Assembly: GCA_934339365.1 (NCBI GenBank)
Contig: CAKRHW010000004.1
Coordinates: forward strand, 36,148 to 100,147
Origin: an uncultured Lachnospiraceae bacterium
GTDB lineage: Bacteria > Bacillota > Clostridia > Lachnospirales > Lachnospiraceae
Direction: 5' to 3'
DNA: 64,000 bases
Shown: in pieces, positions 36,456 through 45,897 of the stretch
Layout: each line of letters starts with the position of its first letter
Position numbering within the stretch: the first letter of the stretch is position 1
Position numbers and translations under genes: made by a program
The notes under the pieces: generated by a model
Told to the model about the DNA's origin: nothing
The model's database searches: none
What the model saw: the letters and a program-made list of their open reading frames with translations, nothing else

Positions 36456-36917
36456 ATGGGTGAAAAAAATACAACCGAATTGGAGAATATATTAGGAAAG
36501 ACTCATTTGTCAGAATATGAACAGTATTGTAACGAGAACAGAGAGAGTATGAATCTGATAGAAGAATCCTTTCAGGTTTATATGAAACAATTATTGTCGG
36601 AAAAAGGGATTACACAACAGACTGTATTTTTACAGGGAGATATTCCAGAAAGATATGGTTATAAACTTTTGTCCGGAGAGAAACATACCAGACAGAGGGA
36701 TGTTATTTTGAGACTTTGTTATGCAGGGGAATTTACACTTGAAGAGACACAGAGAGCATTAAAAAAATATAAAATGCCGGAACTGTATGCAAAAGAACCA
36801 AGAGATGCCCTGCTTATGATTATTTTTAATGAGAGACCGGGTGGAATCATTGAGGTCAATGAAATATTAAAAAAGAATGGACAGAATCCATTAAGGACAA
36901 GTGGAGCACAGGATTGA
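36456..36917 (+). CDS. XRE-like HTH protein, divergent from the kinase
   Basis: LLSEKGITQQTVFLQGDIPERYGYKLLSGEKHTRQRDVILRLCYAGEFTLEETQRAL resembles an HTH_XRE core. Confidence 0.55.
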   Translation: MGEKNTTELENILGKTHLSEYEQYCNENRESMNLIEESFQVYMKQLLSEKGITQQTVFLQGDIPERYGYKLLSGEKHTRQRDVILRLCYAGEFTLEETQRALKKYKMPELYAKEPRDALLMIIFNERPGGIIEVNEILKKNGQNPLRTSGAQD

Positions 36918-37039
36918 TAAAATTGCCACCGCTACGGGGGGAACGCGGAAAGGAAAAATATAGTATAATTCTTCCATAAGAAGTCAGGAAGTTAGAAAAG
37001 ACTTCGACCTAGAAAAAATGATATGAGGAGGATGTACGA

Positions 37040-37399
37040 ATGAAAGTTTGGAAATTAGTATCAGGTATTTTATCAATTGTGTTATTTGCAGTGGTTGCAT
37101 TTCAATCCTGTGCTGCAGGGATATCGAATTCCCTTAATGAAAGCGAAGAGGTTTCTGGATCAGCAGGTATTTTGGTTGCAATCTTTATGCTTGCAGGTGG
37201 AATTGTTTCTATTGCCACAAGGAATCAGGAAAAAAAGGGTGGAGATATTGCACTACTTGTTTTATTTGGATTAGCGGCAATTATTGGATTTTCACTTTAT
37301 GGAAGTTATTCAGATTTAGCAATCTGGGCCGGATGGTGTTTGATTAATGCTGTTTTGGCATTCATTGATATGATGAAAAAGAAGAAAGAAATACAATAA
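37040..37399 (+). CDS. Small membrane protein (about 4 TM)
   Basis: Hydrophobic profile, an RBS, and a terminator downstream. Confidence 0.6.
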   Translation: MKVWKLVSGILSIVLFAVVAFQSCAAGISNSLNESEEVSGSAGILVAIFMLAGGIVSIATRNQEKKGGDIALLVLFGLAAIIGFSLYGSYSDLAIWAGWCLINAVLAFIDMMKKKKEIQ

Positions 37400-37421
37400 A
37401 GAAATACAATAACCAGACAAA

Positions 37422-37467
37422 ATCTCCCTGTATAGAGAATGGAAAGCTCTATGCAGGGAGATTTTTA
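37422..37467 (+). terminator. Rho-independent terminator
   Basis: ATCTCCCTGTATAGAG ... CTCTATGCAGGGAGAT followed by TTTTT. Confidence 0.8.
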
Positions 37468-37579
37468 ATTAGGATTGCAGTGTCAAAAAATAATACCTTA
37501 TGTTATACTTATCACATGGAAATACGGAATCAATCCATCGTTTTAAGATGGAAATATGTGAGAAGGTAAGGAGAATAAA

Positions 37580-39304
37580 ATGAAAATTTTATTAGTCGCA
37601 GTGAATGCAAAATATATTCATTCGAATCTGGCAATTTATACCTTGCAGGTCTATGCAAGAAAAATGGGACAGAGTGTGGAAATTGGAGAATATACGATAA
37701 ATCAGCCATTTGAAGTAGTACTCCGGGAGATTTATGACCAACATGCGTCTGTGTTATGTTTTTCCTGCTATATCTGGAATATTGAATATGTAAAGGAACT
37801 GGCAGCGGAATTTCATAAGCTAAAACCAGAAGTTCCTATTTGGTTTGGAGGACCGGAGGTATCCTTTCGCACCAAAGAATTTTTAGAGCAAAATCCTGCC
37901 GTTACCGGTATTGTAATTGGCGAAGGAGAGAAAACATTTGCAAAACTTTGTCAGTTATATCAGCAGGGACAAACAGACAATTTGCTCAATGAGATGGATG
38001 GTATTGCCTGGAGAAATAAGGATGGAGAAATATTAGAACATCCAAAGACCGAACTTTTTTCTATGGATGAAATTCCATTCTGTTATCAGGAAATTGAAAA
38101 ATTTGAGAATCGGATTATTTATTATGAATCTGGCAGGGGATGTCCATTTTCCTGTTCTTATTGTCTGTCCTCTGTGGATAAGCACTTGCGGATGAGAAGT
38201 TTAGAACTTGTTTATCCGGAACTACAGTTTTTTTTAGATCATAAGGTTCCACAAGTGAAATTTGTAGACCGGACTTTTAATTGCAGTCACAAGCATGCAA
38301 TTGGTATTTGGAACTATATCTTAGAACATGATAATGGAATCACGAATTTTCATTTTGAAGTATCTGCAGATTTAATCAATGAGGAAGAATTAGAATTATT
38401 AAAAAAGATGCGTCAGGGGCTTGTTCAGTTAGAAATAGGCGTACAGTCGACAAACCAGAATACAATAACGGAAATTCATCGGACCATGAATCTGGAACGG
38501 CTAAAATATGTGGTGAAAAAGATTGCAGAAGGAAAGAATATCAATCAGCATCTGGATCTGATTGCAGGTTTGCCATATGAGGGATATGATTCGTTTCAAA
38601 AATCCTTTGATGAAATTTATCGCCTCAAAATTGATCAGTTACAACTGGGATTTTTAAAAGTTTTAAAAGGGTCTTATATGTATGATATGGCAGAAAAATA
38701 TGAACTGATTTACAGAGATAAGCCGCCATACGAGGTATTAGCAACGAAATGGCTGTCTTATGAAGAAGTAGAAAAGATAAAAATGGTAGAAGACATGCTG
38801 GAAATTTATTATAACAGCAGGCAGTTTTTAAGAACTCTGGCAGTTCTAGAAACAGTATTTGAAAGTCCGTTTGAAATGTATTTAGAGCTGGCAGAATTTT
38901 ATAAAGAAAAAGGATTAGAGAATCTTAATTTTACAAGGATTGCAAGGGCAAATTATCTGTATCAGTTTGCCTTGCAACAAGATGCAGAGCATAAAAAAAT
39001 ATATGAGGAAACTTTGATATTTGATTTATATGTACGGGAAAAGTCTAAGGCAAGACCAGAGTGGGCAGTGGATCTTTCGAAATATCATCGGGAAACGAAT
39101 CAGATGTTGCGGACACTTCAGTTAGAAAAAAAGTATTGTCATATAGAACCCTTTACGTATGCAGTCTTTGAAATAGACCCGGGTAAAATGTTGCAGAGTG
39201 CAAAGGAAGTTCCATATCTGGGAGAAAATAACTGGGTGTTGTTTGATTATGAAAATAGAAATCAGTTGAATCGGGAAGCAAGGATTAGAAAAATAGAAAA
39301 TTAG
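37580..39304 (+). CDS. B12-binding-domain radical SAM protein (DUF4080-type C-terminus)
   Basis: The N-terminal region looks cobalamin-binding-like. The radical-SAM cluster is GRGCPFSCSYC. Confidence 0.8.
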   Translation: MKILLVAVNAKYIHSNLAIYTLQVYARKMGQSVEIGEYTINQPFEVVLREIYDQHASVLCFSCYIWNIEYVKELAAEFHKLKPEVPIWFGGPEVSFRTKEFLEQNPAVTGIVIGEGEKTFAKLCQLYQQGQTDNLLNEMDGIAWRNKDGEILEHPKTELFSMDEIPFCYQEIEKFENRIIYYESGRGCPFSCSYCLSSVDKHLRMRSLELVYPELQFFLDHKVPQVKFVDRTFNCSHKHAIGIWNYILEHDNGITNFHFEVSADLINEEELELLKKMRQGLVQLEIGVQSTNQNTITEIHRTMNLERLKYVVKKIAEGKNINQHLDLIAGLPYEGYDSFQKSFDEIYRLKIDQLQLGFLKVLKGSYMYDMAEKYELIYRDKPPYEVLATKWLSYEEVEKIKMVEDMLEIYYNSRQFLRTLAVLETVFESPFEMYLELAEFYKEKGLENLNFTRIARANYLYQFALQQDAEHKKIYEETLIFDLYVREKSKARPEWAVDLSKYHRETNQMLRTLQLEKKYCHIEPFTYAVFEIDPGKMLQSAKEVPYLGENNWVLFDYENRNQLNREARIRKIEN

Positions 39305-39462
39305 AAATAGGAAGGTAAGAATGGAAAATGACACAAAATTAGATGAAGTATCTAGTAAAAAAAGCAAAAGGAAATAGTAAGAAGTATAATAGTTTATAAA
39401 AAGAGTTTTGTTGAGAAATGAAAATCGGACAAAGAAAAATATATATAGGAAAGGGAATACAG

Positions 39463-41331
39463 ATGATAGTATATGATGGAAACAAAACAGATTTTTTAGT
39501 AAGTGTGGAAAATGATACCATAGCGGTTGAAATTGAGAAAAACATTTACATGAAAATGAAAAAGAGAACAGCAGCAAATGAGTTTCGTTCGTGGGAAAAT
39601 TCACTCCAATATATGTATAAAGTCTTAAACGATGTGGAGATACCGAATGATGCAGGAATTGCTATTGAATATAATATACCGCAGACTTCAAAACGTGTTG
39701 ATTTTATTGTATCAGGATTTGATAATAAGAATGATCCCAATATAGTAATTATTGAGCTTAAACAATGGGATAAAATTACAGCAATTGATGGATTAGATGG
39801 ATTAGTGGAAACTTATACAGGAAATGCACTTAGAAAGGTTGTTCATCCATCTTATCAGGCGTGGTCATATTCAATGCTGATCAAAGATTATAATGAATCT
39901 GTTCAAACAAATAATATTCAATTATGGCCATGTGCATACTTGCATAATTACAGAAGAAAACCGAATGATGATTTAGATAAAATTCAGTATGAGGAATATA
40001 TAAAAGATTCACCTGTTTTTACGAGAGGGGAAGTTCCAAAGCTGAGAGATTTTATTAAACAGTGTATTAGAAAAGGAGATAATAAAGAATTAATCTATCA
40101 GATAGATCAGGGGAAAATTAAACCTTCTAAGAGTTTACAAAATGCTATTTCAAATATGCTTAAGGGGAATAGAGAATTTATAATGCTCGATGAACAAAAA
40201 GTTGTTTATGAAGAAATATTGTCAACTTCGAGAAAATGTATAGAAGACAATATAAAGAGAACCATTATCGTTACAGGTGGACCTGGAACAGGCAAAACAG
40301 TTGTTGCAATTAATGCATTAGCAAAACTTACAAATGATGGACAATTTGCTCAGTATGTATCAAAAAATAGTGCACCAAGAAATGTGTATTTAAAGAAATT
40401 AAAAGGTCAAATGAGAAAGAGCACAGTTGACAATATGTTTAAAGGCTCTGGAATTTATACAAAGACAGAACAAAATGTTATTGATACAATTTTAGTGGAT
40501 GAAGCACATAGGTTAAACGAGAAGTCAGGAATGTTTAAAAACATGGGAGAAAATCAGATTAAAGAAATTATACATTCGTCATTGTGCAATGTTTTTTTTA
40601 TTGATGAACATCAAAAAGTAACATTGAGTGATATAGGAAGTGTTGCTGAGATAAAAAAATGGGCGAAACAAGAAAAATCTGAGGTAATAGAGATGAAACT
40701 ATATTCGCAATTTAGATGTAATGGTTCAGATGGTTATCTTGCATGGGTTGATGATGTATTAGAAATTGAAAACACTGCTAATTATGATTTAAAAGATATT
40801 GATTATGATATACAAATCTGTGATTCACCGTTTAAAATGCAAAATATTATTATAGAGAAAAATAGGCTTGCAAATAGAGCAAGAATACTGGCAGGTTATT
40901 GTTGGAATTGGATTTCTAATGGGAAAAATGATTCTTCTGTTCATGATATTAAAATTGGTGATTTCGAAATGAGTTGGAATTTAGCCAATACGACAACATT
41001 TGCAATTGATGAAGATTCTATAAATGAAGCAGGATGTATTCATACTTCGCAAGGACTTGAGTTTGATTATGTTGGTGTTATAATCGGTGATGATTTAAGG
41101 TATGAAAATGGACATATTGTAACAGATTTTACAAAAAGAGCAAAAACAGATCAATCATTAAAAGGAATTAAAAAATTATATAAAGAAAATCCTAAAAAAG
41201 CATTGCATGAAGCAGATGAGATAATTAAAAATACCTATAGAACACTAATGACAAGAGGAATGAAAGGATGTTATGTATATTGTGTTGATGAAGGTTTGAG
41301 GGAATATTTGAAAAACAGGATTGCGAAATAG
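39463..41331 (+). CDS. DUF2075-type P-loop ATPase/helicase-like protein with an N-terminal PD-(D/E)xK-like nuclease module
   Basis: The N-terminus IEYNIP..SKRVDFIVSG....VIIELKQW has an E..D..ExK pattern. Walker A is VTGGPGTGKT and Walker B is ILVDEAHRL. The C-terminus is SQGLEFDYVGVIIG and TLMTRGMKGCYVYC. Confidence 0.75.
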   Translation: MIVYDGNKTDFLVSVENDTIAVEIEKNIYMKMKKRTAANEFRSWENSLQYMYKVLNDVEIPNDAGIAIEYNIPQTSKRVDFIVSGFDNKNDPNIVIIELKQWDKITAIDGLDGLVETYTGNALRKVVHPSYQAWSYSMLIKDYNESVQTNNIQLWPCAYLHNYRRKPNDDLDKIQYEEYIKDSPVFTRGEVPKLRDFIKQCIRKGDNKELIYQIDQGKIKPSKSLQNAISNMLKGNREFIMLDEQKVVYEEILSTSRKCIEDNIKRTIIVTGGPGTGKTVVAINALAKLTNDGQFAQYVSKNSAPRNVYLKKLKGQMRKSTVDNMFKGSGIYTKTEQNVIDTILVDEAHRLNEKSGMFKNMGENQIKEIIHSSLCNVFFIDEHQKVTLSDIGSVAEIKKWAKQEKSEVIEMKLYSQFRCNGSDGYLAWVDDVLEIENTANYDLKDIDYDIQICDSPFKMQNIIIEKNRLANRARILAGYCWNWISNGKNDSSVHDIKIGDFEMSWNLANTTTFAIDEDSINEAGCIHTSQGLEFDYVGVIIGDDLRYENGHIVTDFTKRAKTDQSLKGIKKLYKENPKKALHEADEIIKNTYRTLMTRGMKGCYVYCVDEGLREYLKNRIAK

Positions 41332-41457
41332 GATATTTTCCATTTTCGTAGCTTAGCAACAACATTCATACAATAAAATTGTTGTGATTACGCAAGCCAT
41401 ATGTTAGACTATACTATAGTAATGTATAATATATTATTTATTTTTAGGAGGTATGTT

Positions 41458-42669
41458 ATGAATATTAAGAAAGTAGCATTATCGGCATTAACTGCATCAT
41501 TAGCAATTGGAGGTGTACAGATTCCTAATGTAGTGAGTAGTCCTGCTGGGGTAGTTACTGCTCAGGCAGCACAAACGAGGGAACCGAAGGAATGGGTTTT
41601 ACCGGAAGGAAATCTTACAGTAGATTATACAGATTCTATCGGGAGCGCTACAAATACAAAATTATCTACGTTTACAAAAGTTAATAAGATGAGTAAGGGA
41701 GATACACAGAAGATTACATATACATTTACTCTTAACAAACCTAGTTATGTAAATATTACAGCTTATGCTAAAATTTATAAATATAACTTTCATGGTTCTT
41801 ATGATATTGTTTTAAGAGGAGAGGGTAATTCAGATGCTGTAAAGATCATTGATGATAAGTTTTGTGATGGCTCTAGTGCATCATCTTCATCTTATGTAAA
41901 TATATTAAAAGCAGGTACATACAAATTAGATTTTATTGTCAAGGATACTGATACCCTTGCAACTTTAGTGTCAAATCCAACAGCATCGATTGGAGTTCAG
42001 GCTCAGGAGCTTGGTACAAGCAATCGTAGTGGAGCATCCATGGCAGATGCAATTCCTACAACAAATGGTGGTATCTCTAAAGGTGCAATTTCGGGTGTAA
42101 AAGGATATGATGGAGCAATTCCTTTTGCTAGTATTAAGGAACAGTATTTTAGGGTAGATTTACCTAAGGGTGCTAAGAACTTTCATTCAGATGTTGTGCT
42201 TAGCAGAACAGGTGGAACAATCGATAGAATCAGTACAGTACAGTTGTTAAACAGTCTTGGTGCTGTTGTTGGAGAGGGTAATTTTGATCTTCAGCATATG
42301 AATAGTTTACCTATTACAGCAACCAATTTAAAGGCAGGAACATACTACATCAGAGTATCTCACCCATATTATTGTGAAGTTACTGTAAACCCAACCTGGG
42401 CAGGAGCTAAGACAACAAAGTCAAGCAAGAAGAAATCAATTAAGACTTTGAAGGTAACAGCCAAGAAGGGTACGAAGAAAGTTAAGGTTACTACAGTGAA
42501 AAAGGCAAATGTAAAAGTAACCATCAAAAAGAAAACTTATAAAAGCAAATCAAACAGTAAGGGTGTTGCAACGGTTAAGGTTAGCAAGCTGAAAAAAGGT
42601 ACGAAGGTAAAGGTTTCCGTATCTAAGAAGGGTTATAAATCAAAATCAGTTGTAGTGAAAGTAAAATAA
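41458..42669 (+). CDS. Secreted hypothetical protein with a Lys-rich beta-sandwich-like C-terminal module
   Basis: AGGAGG RBS and signal peptide ALSALTASLAIGGVQ. The C-terminus is KTLKVTAKKGTKKVKVTTVKKANVKVTIKKKTYKSKSNSKGVATVKVSKLKKGTKVKVSVSKKGYKSKS. Confidence 0.6.
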   Translation: MNIKKVALSALTASLAIGGVQIPNVVSSPAGVVTAQAAQTREPKEWVLPEGNLTVDYTDSIGSATNTKLSTFTKVNKMSKGDTQKITYTFTLNKPSYVNITAYAKIYKYNFHGSYDIVLRGEGNSDAVKIIDDKFCDGSSASSSSYVNILKAGTYKLDFIVKDTDTLATLVSNPTASIGVQAQELGTSNRSGASMADAIPTTNGGISKGAISGVKGYDGAIPFASIKEQYFRVDLPKGAKNFHSDVVLSRTGGTIDRISTVQLLNSLGAVVGEGNFDLQHMNSLPITATNLKAGTYYIRVSHPYYCEVTVNPTWAGAKTTKSSKKKSIKTLKVTAKKGTKKVKVTTVKKANVKVTIKKKTYKSKSNSKGVATVKVSKLKKGTKVKVSVSKKGYKSKSVVVKVK

Positions 42670-42715
42670 TCATTAAGAATGGAATCAATATCATATGTGT
42701 ATCCACACGACTAAT

Positions 42716-42757
42716 AAAAATCCACCTGGCTCGTCTATGAGACAGGTGGATTTTTTG
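42716..42757 (+). terminator. Rho-independent terminator
   Basis: AAAAATCCACCTG ... CAGGTGGATTTTTTG. Confidence 0.8.
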
Positions 42758-42885
42758 TACCATTGAGATTTTGTCTTTTGCAGCTGATAAAGGTTATCAG
42801 AAAGTTCATTCAATCTGACAGTCTTTTGTACTATAATACTATAGTAGAGTATGGATAACCAATGGAATGGGAAAGGAGGAAATAT

Positions 42886-43530
42886 ATGTCTGAATGTAAA
42901 GTTTGTCAGAACGAAATTCATTACCATGAAATTATTGACTGTATTACCTGCGCTCTTGATGAAAGGGATCCATACACTGCAGGGCATTCAAAACGGGTCA
43001 GTGATATGGCACTGAAGGTTTGTCAATTGATTGGACTGAAGAAAAAAGACACCTTAAAGATACATATTGCAGCACATTTGCATGATATTGGGAAAATAGG
43101 TATTCCAGATGCAATTTTGTATAAAGAAGGAAAACTTACGGATGAAGAGTTTGAATATATTAAAAAACATCCGGCAATCGGAGCAGAGATTCTTGGAAAA
43201 TCTCAGGCACTGAAAGAATTATCGGATATTGTATTAATGTACCATGAGCGTTTTGATGGAAAGGGATATCCATTAGGAAAAGCAGGTGTAGAGATACCAA
43301 TAGGAGCCAGAATTATTGCTATTTGTGATTCAATAGATGCGATGTCATCTAACCGGTGTTACCGCAAAGCACATGATTTTGCATATTGTTATAAGGAAAT
43401 CGAAAAAAACCTTGGCAAAATGTATGATCCGATTGTAGGAAGATATGTTTTGGAACATTGGGAAGAGATTATTCGTGTAGTGAAGAACAATAAAGAAGGA
43501 AAGAACACTGAAAAGAAGGTTGTAGGATAG
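42886..43530 (+). CDS. Stand-alone HD-GYP domain protein with an N-terminal CxxC-x10-CxxC cluster
   Basis: HD-GYP motifs are GHSKRV, HLHDIGKIGIPD and HERFDGKGYP. The N-terminus is MSECKVCQNEIHYHEIIDCITC. Confidence 0.8.
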   Translation: MSECKVCQNEIHYHEIIDCITCALDERDPYTAGHSKRVSDMALKVCQLIGLKKKDTLKIHIAAHLHDIGKIGIPDAILYKEGKLTDEEFEYIKKHPAIGAEILGKSQALKELSDIVLMYHERFDGKGYPLGKAGVEIPIGARIIAICDSIDAMSSNRCYRKAHDFAYCYKEIEKNLGKMYDPIVGRYVLEHWEEIIRVVKNNKEGKNTEKKVVG

Positions 43531-43575
43531 AAATAATAGAGAAATACTTGAAGAAATAAGGCTGATAACGATTTC

Positions 43576-43617
43576 AAAAAAGGACCGTACATGATTTCAT
43601 GTTACGGTCCTTTTTTT
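43576..43617. terminator. Bidirectional-type terminator after the HD-GYP gene
   Basis: AAAAAAGGACCGTACATGA TTT CATGTTACGGTCCTTTTTTT. Confidence 0.85.
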
Positions 43618-43812
43618 GCCTGAACGAGTCTTTTTTATTTCCATTTTTCGCCATTTTGTGCCTATTCTACAAGAATTTCGCAGGTGATGAAATGTATCAT
43701 GCCTGTGATAGTTTTCCTTGAGAAAAATGAGATAGAATTGAAAACGTTTTCGCAAATTATAGTTTCTTTTTTTTCGGACAGACAGTATCATAGCACTAAC
43801 AAAACAACACGA

Positions 43813-43882
43813 GATGCTGTAGCCGCTGGAAGGGCATAGGCTTGCAAAGCTGAAGTTGTGGGTTCGACTCCCACCAGTATCA
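43813..43882 (+). tRNA. tRNA-Cys(GCA)-like gene with atypical features
   Basis: Manual cloverleaf. The acceptor stem is GATGCTG/CAGTATC (7 bp, one G-U) with U8. The D-arm is GCC(G)-CTGGAA-(G)GGC. The anticodon arm is TAGGC-TTGCAAA-GCTGA, with one mismatch and one G-U. The variable loop is AGTT and the T-arm is a perfect GTGGG-TTCGACT-CCCAC. The discriminator is A (bacterial tRNA-Cys normally has U73), A14 is missing and no CCA is encoded. Confidence 0.5.
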
Positions 43883-43944
43883 CTCGAATAATAAACGTTT
43901 TTTATTTGGAATATTTCAATCAAAAGTAAAGGAGAATGAAGATT

Positions 43945-45126
43945 ATGGGAAAATTATTTACATCAGAATCAGTAACAGAAGGACATCCAGACAAGATAGC
44001 AGATCAGATTTCAGACGCAATTCTGGATGAATTATTAAAGCAGGATCCTTATTCAAGGGTAGCAGCAGAGACAACAGTAGCAACAGGAATTGCACTTGTT
44101 GTTGGCGAGATTACGACAAAAGCATATGTGGATATTGCAAAGATTGCAAGAGATACCATCAGAGAAATTGGCTATGTAAACAATGTAGATGGATACAATG
44201 CAAATTCAATTGCGGTACTGACATCAATTGATGAACAGTCAGCAGATATTGCATTAGGTGTGGATCAGGCGTATGAATCGAAACAGAAAGGAGCAACAGA
44301 AGATTTTGGAACAGGTGCAGGAGATCAGGGAATTATTTTTGGTTATGCAACCGATGAAACACCAGAGTATCTTCCGCCGGCAATTTCATTTGCACACAGA
44401 CTTACCAGACAATTAGCAAAGGTCAGAAAGGATGGAACACTTACTTATCTGAGACCGGATGGAAAATCTCAGGTAACCGTTGAGTTTGCAGAAGATGGAC
44501 AGACAGTAAAGAGAATTCATACAATTGTTATTTCGACGCAGCATGCAGAAGGGGTAAGTCTTGAACAGATTAGAAAAGATATCATTCAGTATGTGATTCG
44601 ACCGGTTATTCCAGAAGAATTATTAGATGATGAAACTATTTATTATGTAAATCCAACAGGAAGATTTGTGATTGGAGGACCACAGGGAGATTCAGGATTA
44701 ACAGGAAGAAAAATTATCGTAGATACTTATGGTGGAACAGGACGCCATGGTGGTGGAGCATTTTCAGGAAAAGATCCTACAAAGGTGGATCGTTCAGCAG
44801 CTTATGCAGCAAGATGGGTAGCAAAGAATTTAGTGGCTGCGGGTGTGGCAAAAAAGATTGAAGTGGAATTTGCTTATGCAATTGGAGTGGCAAAACCGGT
44901 ATCAATTGCAGTAGAAACATTTGGAACCGGAGCAATAAAAGACGAGAAAATAGTGGAAATCATAGAAGCGATTTTTGATCTTCGTCCGGAAGCAATTATT
45001 GAGGCACTCGATCTGAGAAGACCAATCTATAAGCAGACAGCAGCGTATGGACATTTTGGACGTACAGATATTGATTTACCTTGGGAGCATTTAGATAAGG
45101 TAGAAGAAATCAAGAAATATATTTAG
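43945..45126 (+). CDS. metK: S-adenosylmethionine synthase
   Basis: [25 protein letters not shown] and [19 protein letters not shown]. The start was set at the second ATG for RBS spacing. Confidence 0.95.
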   Translation: MGKLFTSESVTEGHPDKIADQISDAILDELLKQDPYSRVAAETTVATGIALVVGEITTKAYVDIAKIARDTIREIGYVNNVDGYNANSIAVLTSIDEQSADIALGVDQAYESKQKGATEDFGTGAGDQGIIFGYATDETPEYLPPAISFAHRLTRQLAKVRKDGTLTYLRPDGKSQVTVEFAEDGQTVKRIHTIVISTQHAEGVSLEQIRKDIIQYVIRPVIPEELLDDETIYYVNPTGRFVIGGPQGDSGLTGRKIIVDTYGGTGRHGGGAFSGKDPTKVDRSAAYAARWVAKNLVAAGVAKKIEVEFAYAIGVAKPVSIAVETFGTGAIKDEKIVEIIEAIFDLRPEAIIEALDLRRPIYKQTAAYGHFGRTDIDLPWEHLDKVEEIKKYI

Positions 45127-45141
45127 TAAGGAATGAGAAAT

Positions 45142-45897
45142 ATGGTTAAAAAGTTATTGAGAAAATTAGAAGAAATACTCCCAATCCTGATACTTTTGCT
45201 CATTTGGTTTTTCGTGACGGAAAGGGAGGACTACAATAGTCTTCTTTTTCCAAAATTATCACAGGTTTTTGAAACAGCATTTGAAAAGGTAAAAGATGGC
45301 TCATTACTTTTGGCCGTTGGAATTAGTTTAAAAAGGGTAGTGTCCGGTTATATCATTGCTGCCATTTTAGGAATTGGTCTTGGAATCATCATTGGCTTGT
45401 CAGAACATGTATATCGAATGACAGATTTACTGATTCATATTATAAAACCAATTCCTCCCATCGCCTGGATTCCGCTTACCATTTTGTGGATGGGAATTGG
45501 AGAAGAAGCAAAAGTGTTTTTAATCTTTCTGGGAGGATTTTTCGCCATCTTGTTAAATACGTTAGATGGCATAAGATATACAGATAAAAAATTACTTGAG
45601 GTTGCAAAGGTAATGGAGACACCTAAAATAAAATATATTTTTCAGCTCATCATACCGGCTGCACTTCCTTCCATTTTTACAGGATTGCGGGTCGCAATGG
45701 GAACCTGCTGGACCTGTGTTGTAGCAGCGGAACTTGTTGCTTCTAGTAGTGGCGTGGGGTATATGATTTCCAATGCAAGGAATTTTGGGCAGCTGGATGT
45801 CGTGATTGTTGGAATGATATCGGTAGGTATTGTTGGAAAAATTATGGATGTAATTTTGAAACGAATCGAAGGGAGGGTGCTTGTTTGGAACAGTTAA
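45142..45897 (+). CDS. ABC transporter permease (NitT/TauT-type)
   Basis: Six-TM profile with a BPD-type loop (EVAKVMETPKIKYIFQLIIPAALP). Confidence 0.8.
   Translation: MVKKLLRKLEEILPILILLLIWFFVTEREDYNSLLFPKLSQVFETAFEKVKDGSLLLAVGISLKRVVSGYIIAAILGIGLGIIIGLSEHVYRMTDLLIHIIKPIPPIAWIPLTILWMGIGEEAKVFLIFLGGFFAILLNTLDGIRYTDKKLLEVAKVMETPKIKYIFQLIIPAALPSIFTGLRVAMGTCWTCVVAAELVASSSGVGYMISNARNFGQLDVVIVGMISVGIVGKIMDVILKRIEGRVLVWNS

Noticed and set aside
37387-37412. 13-nt tandem duplication AGAAATACAATAA x2 at the end of the small membrane protein gene
   Set aside because: It is a trivial local duplication that covers the stop codon, and no function is evident.
39325-39381. 18-codon mini-ORF (MENDTKLDEVSSKKSKRK) with an RBS between the radical-SAM and DUF2075 genes
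   Set aside because: It is too short and low-complexity to support without expression or conservation data.
39122-39604. 160-aa minus-strand ORF (Phe/Leu/Ser-rich), and also 5492-5866 and 14581-14865
   Set aside because: These are AT-rich antisense or intergenic read-throughs that overlap promoters and the ends of well-supported genes. Their composition is low-complexity.
43783-43882. 8-nt direct repeat CAGTATCA (43783-43790 and 43875-43882) as a possible att-site duplication at the tRNA 3' end
   Set aside because: The repeat is too short and the copies are only 92 nt apart. No integrase is nearby. It is compatible with chance.
43597-43923. 108-aa minus-strand ORF
   Set aside because: It overlaps the terminator and the tRNA-like gene on the opposite strand, has no RBS, and its composition is odd. 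It is probably spurious.
43531-43944. Expected SAM-I (S-box) riboswitch upstream of metK
   Set aside because: I could not find the conserved S-box elements (CTTATCAAGAG...GGCCC...GCAACC...) by eye. The region instead contains the tRNA-like fold. An Infernal scan is needed to be sure.
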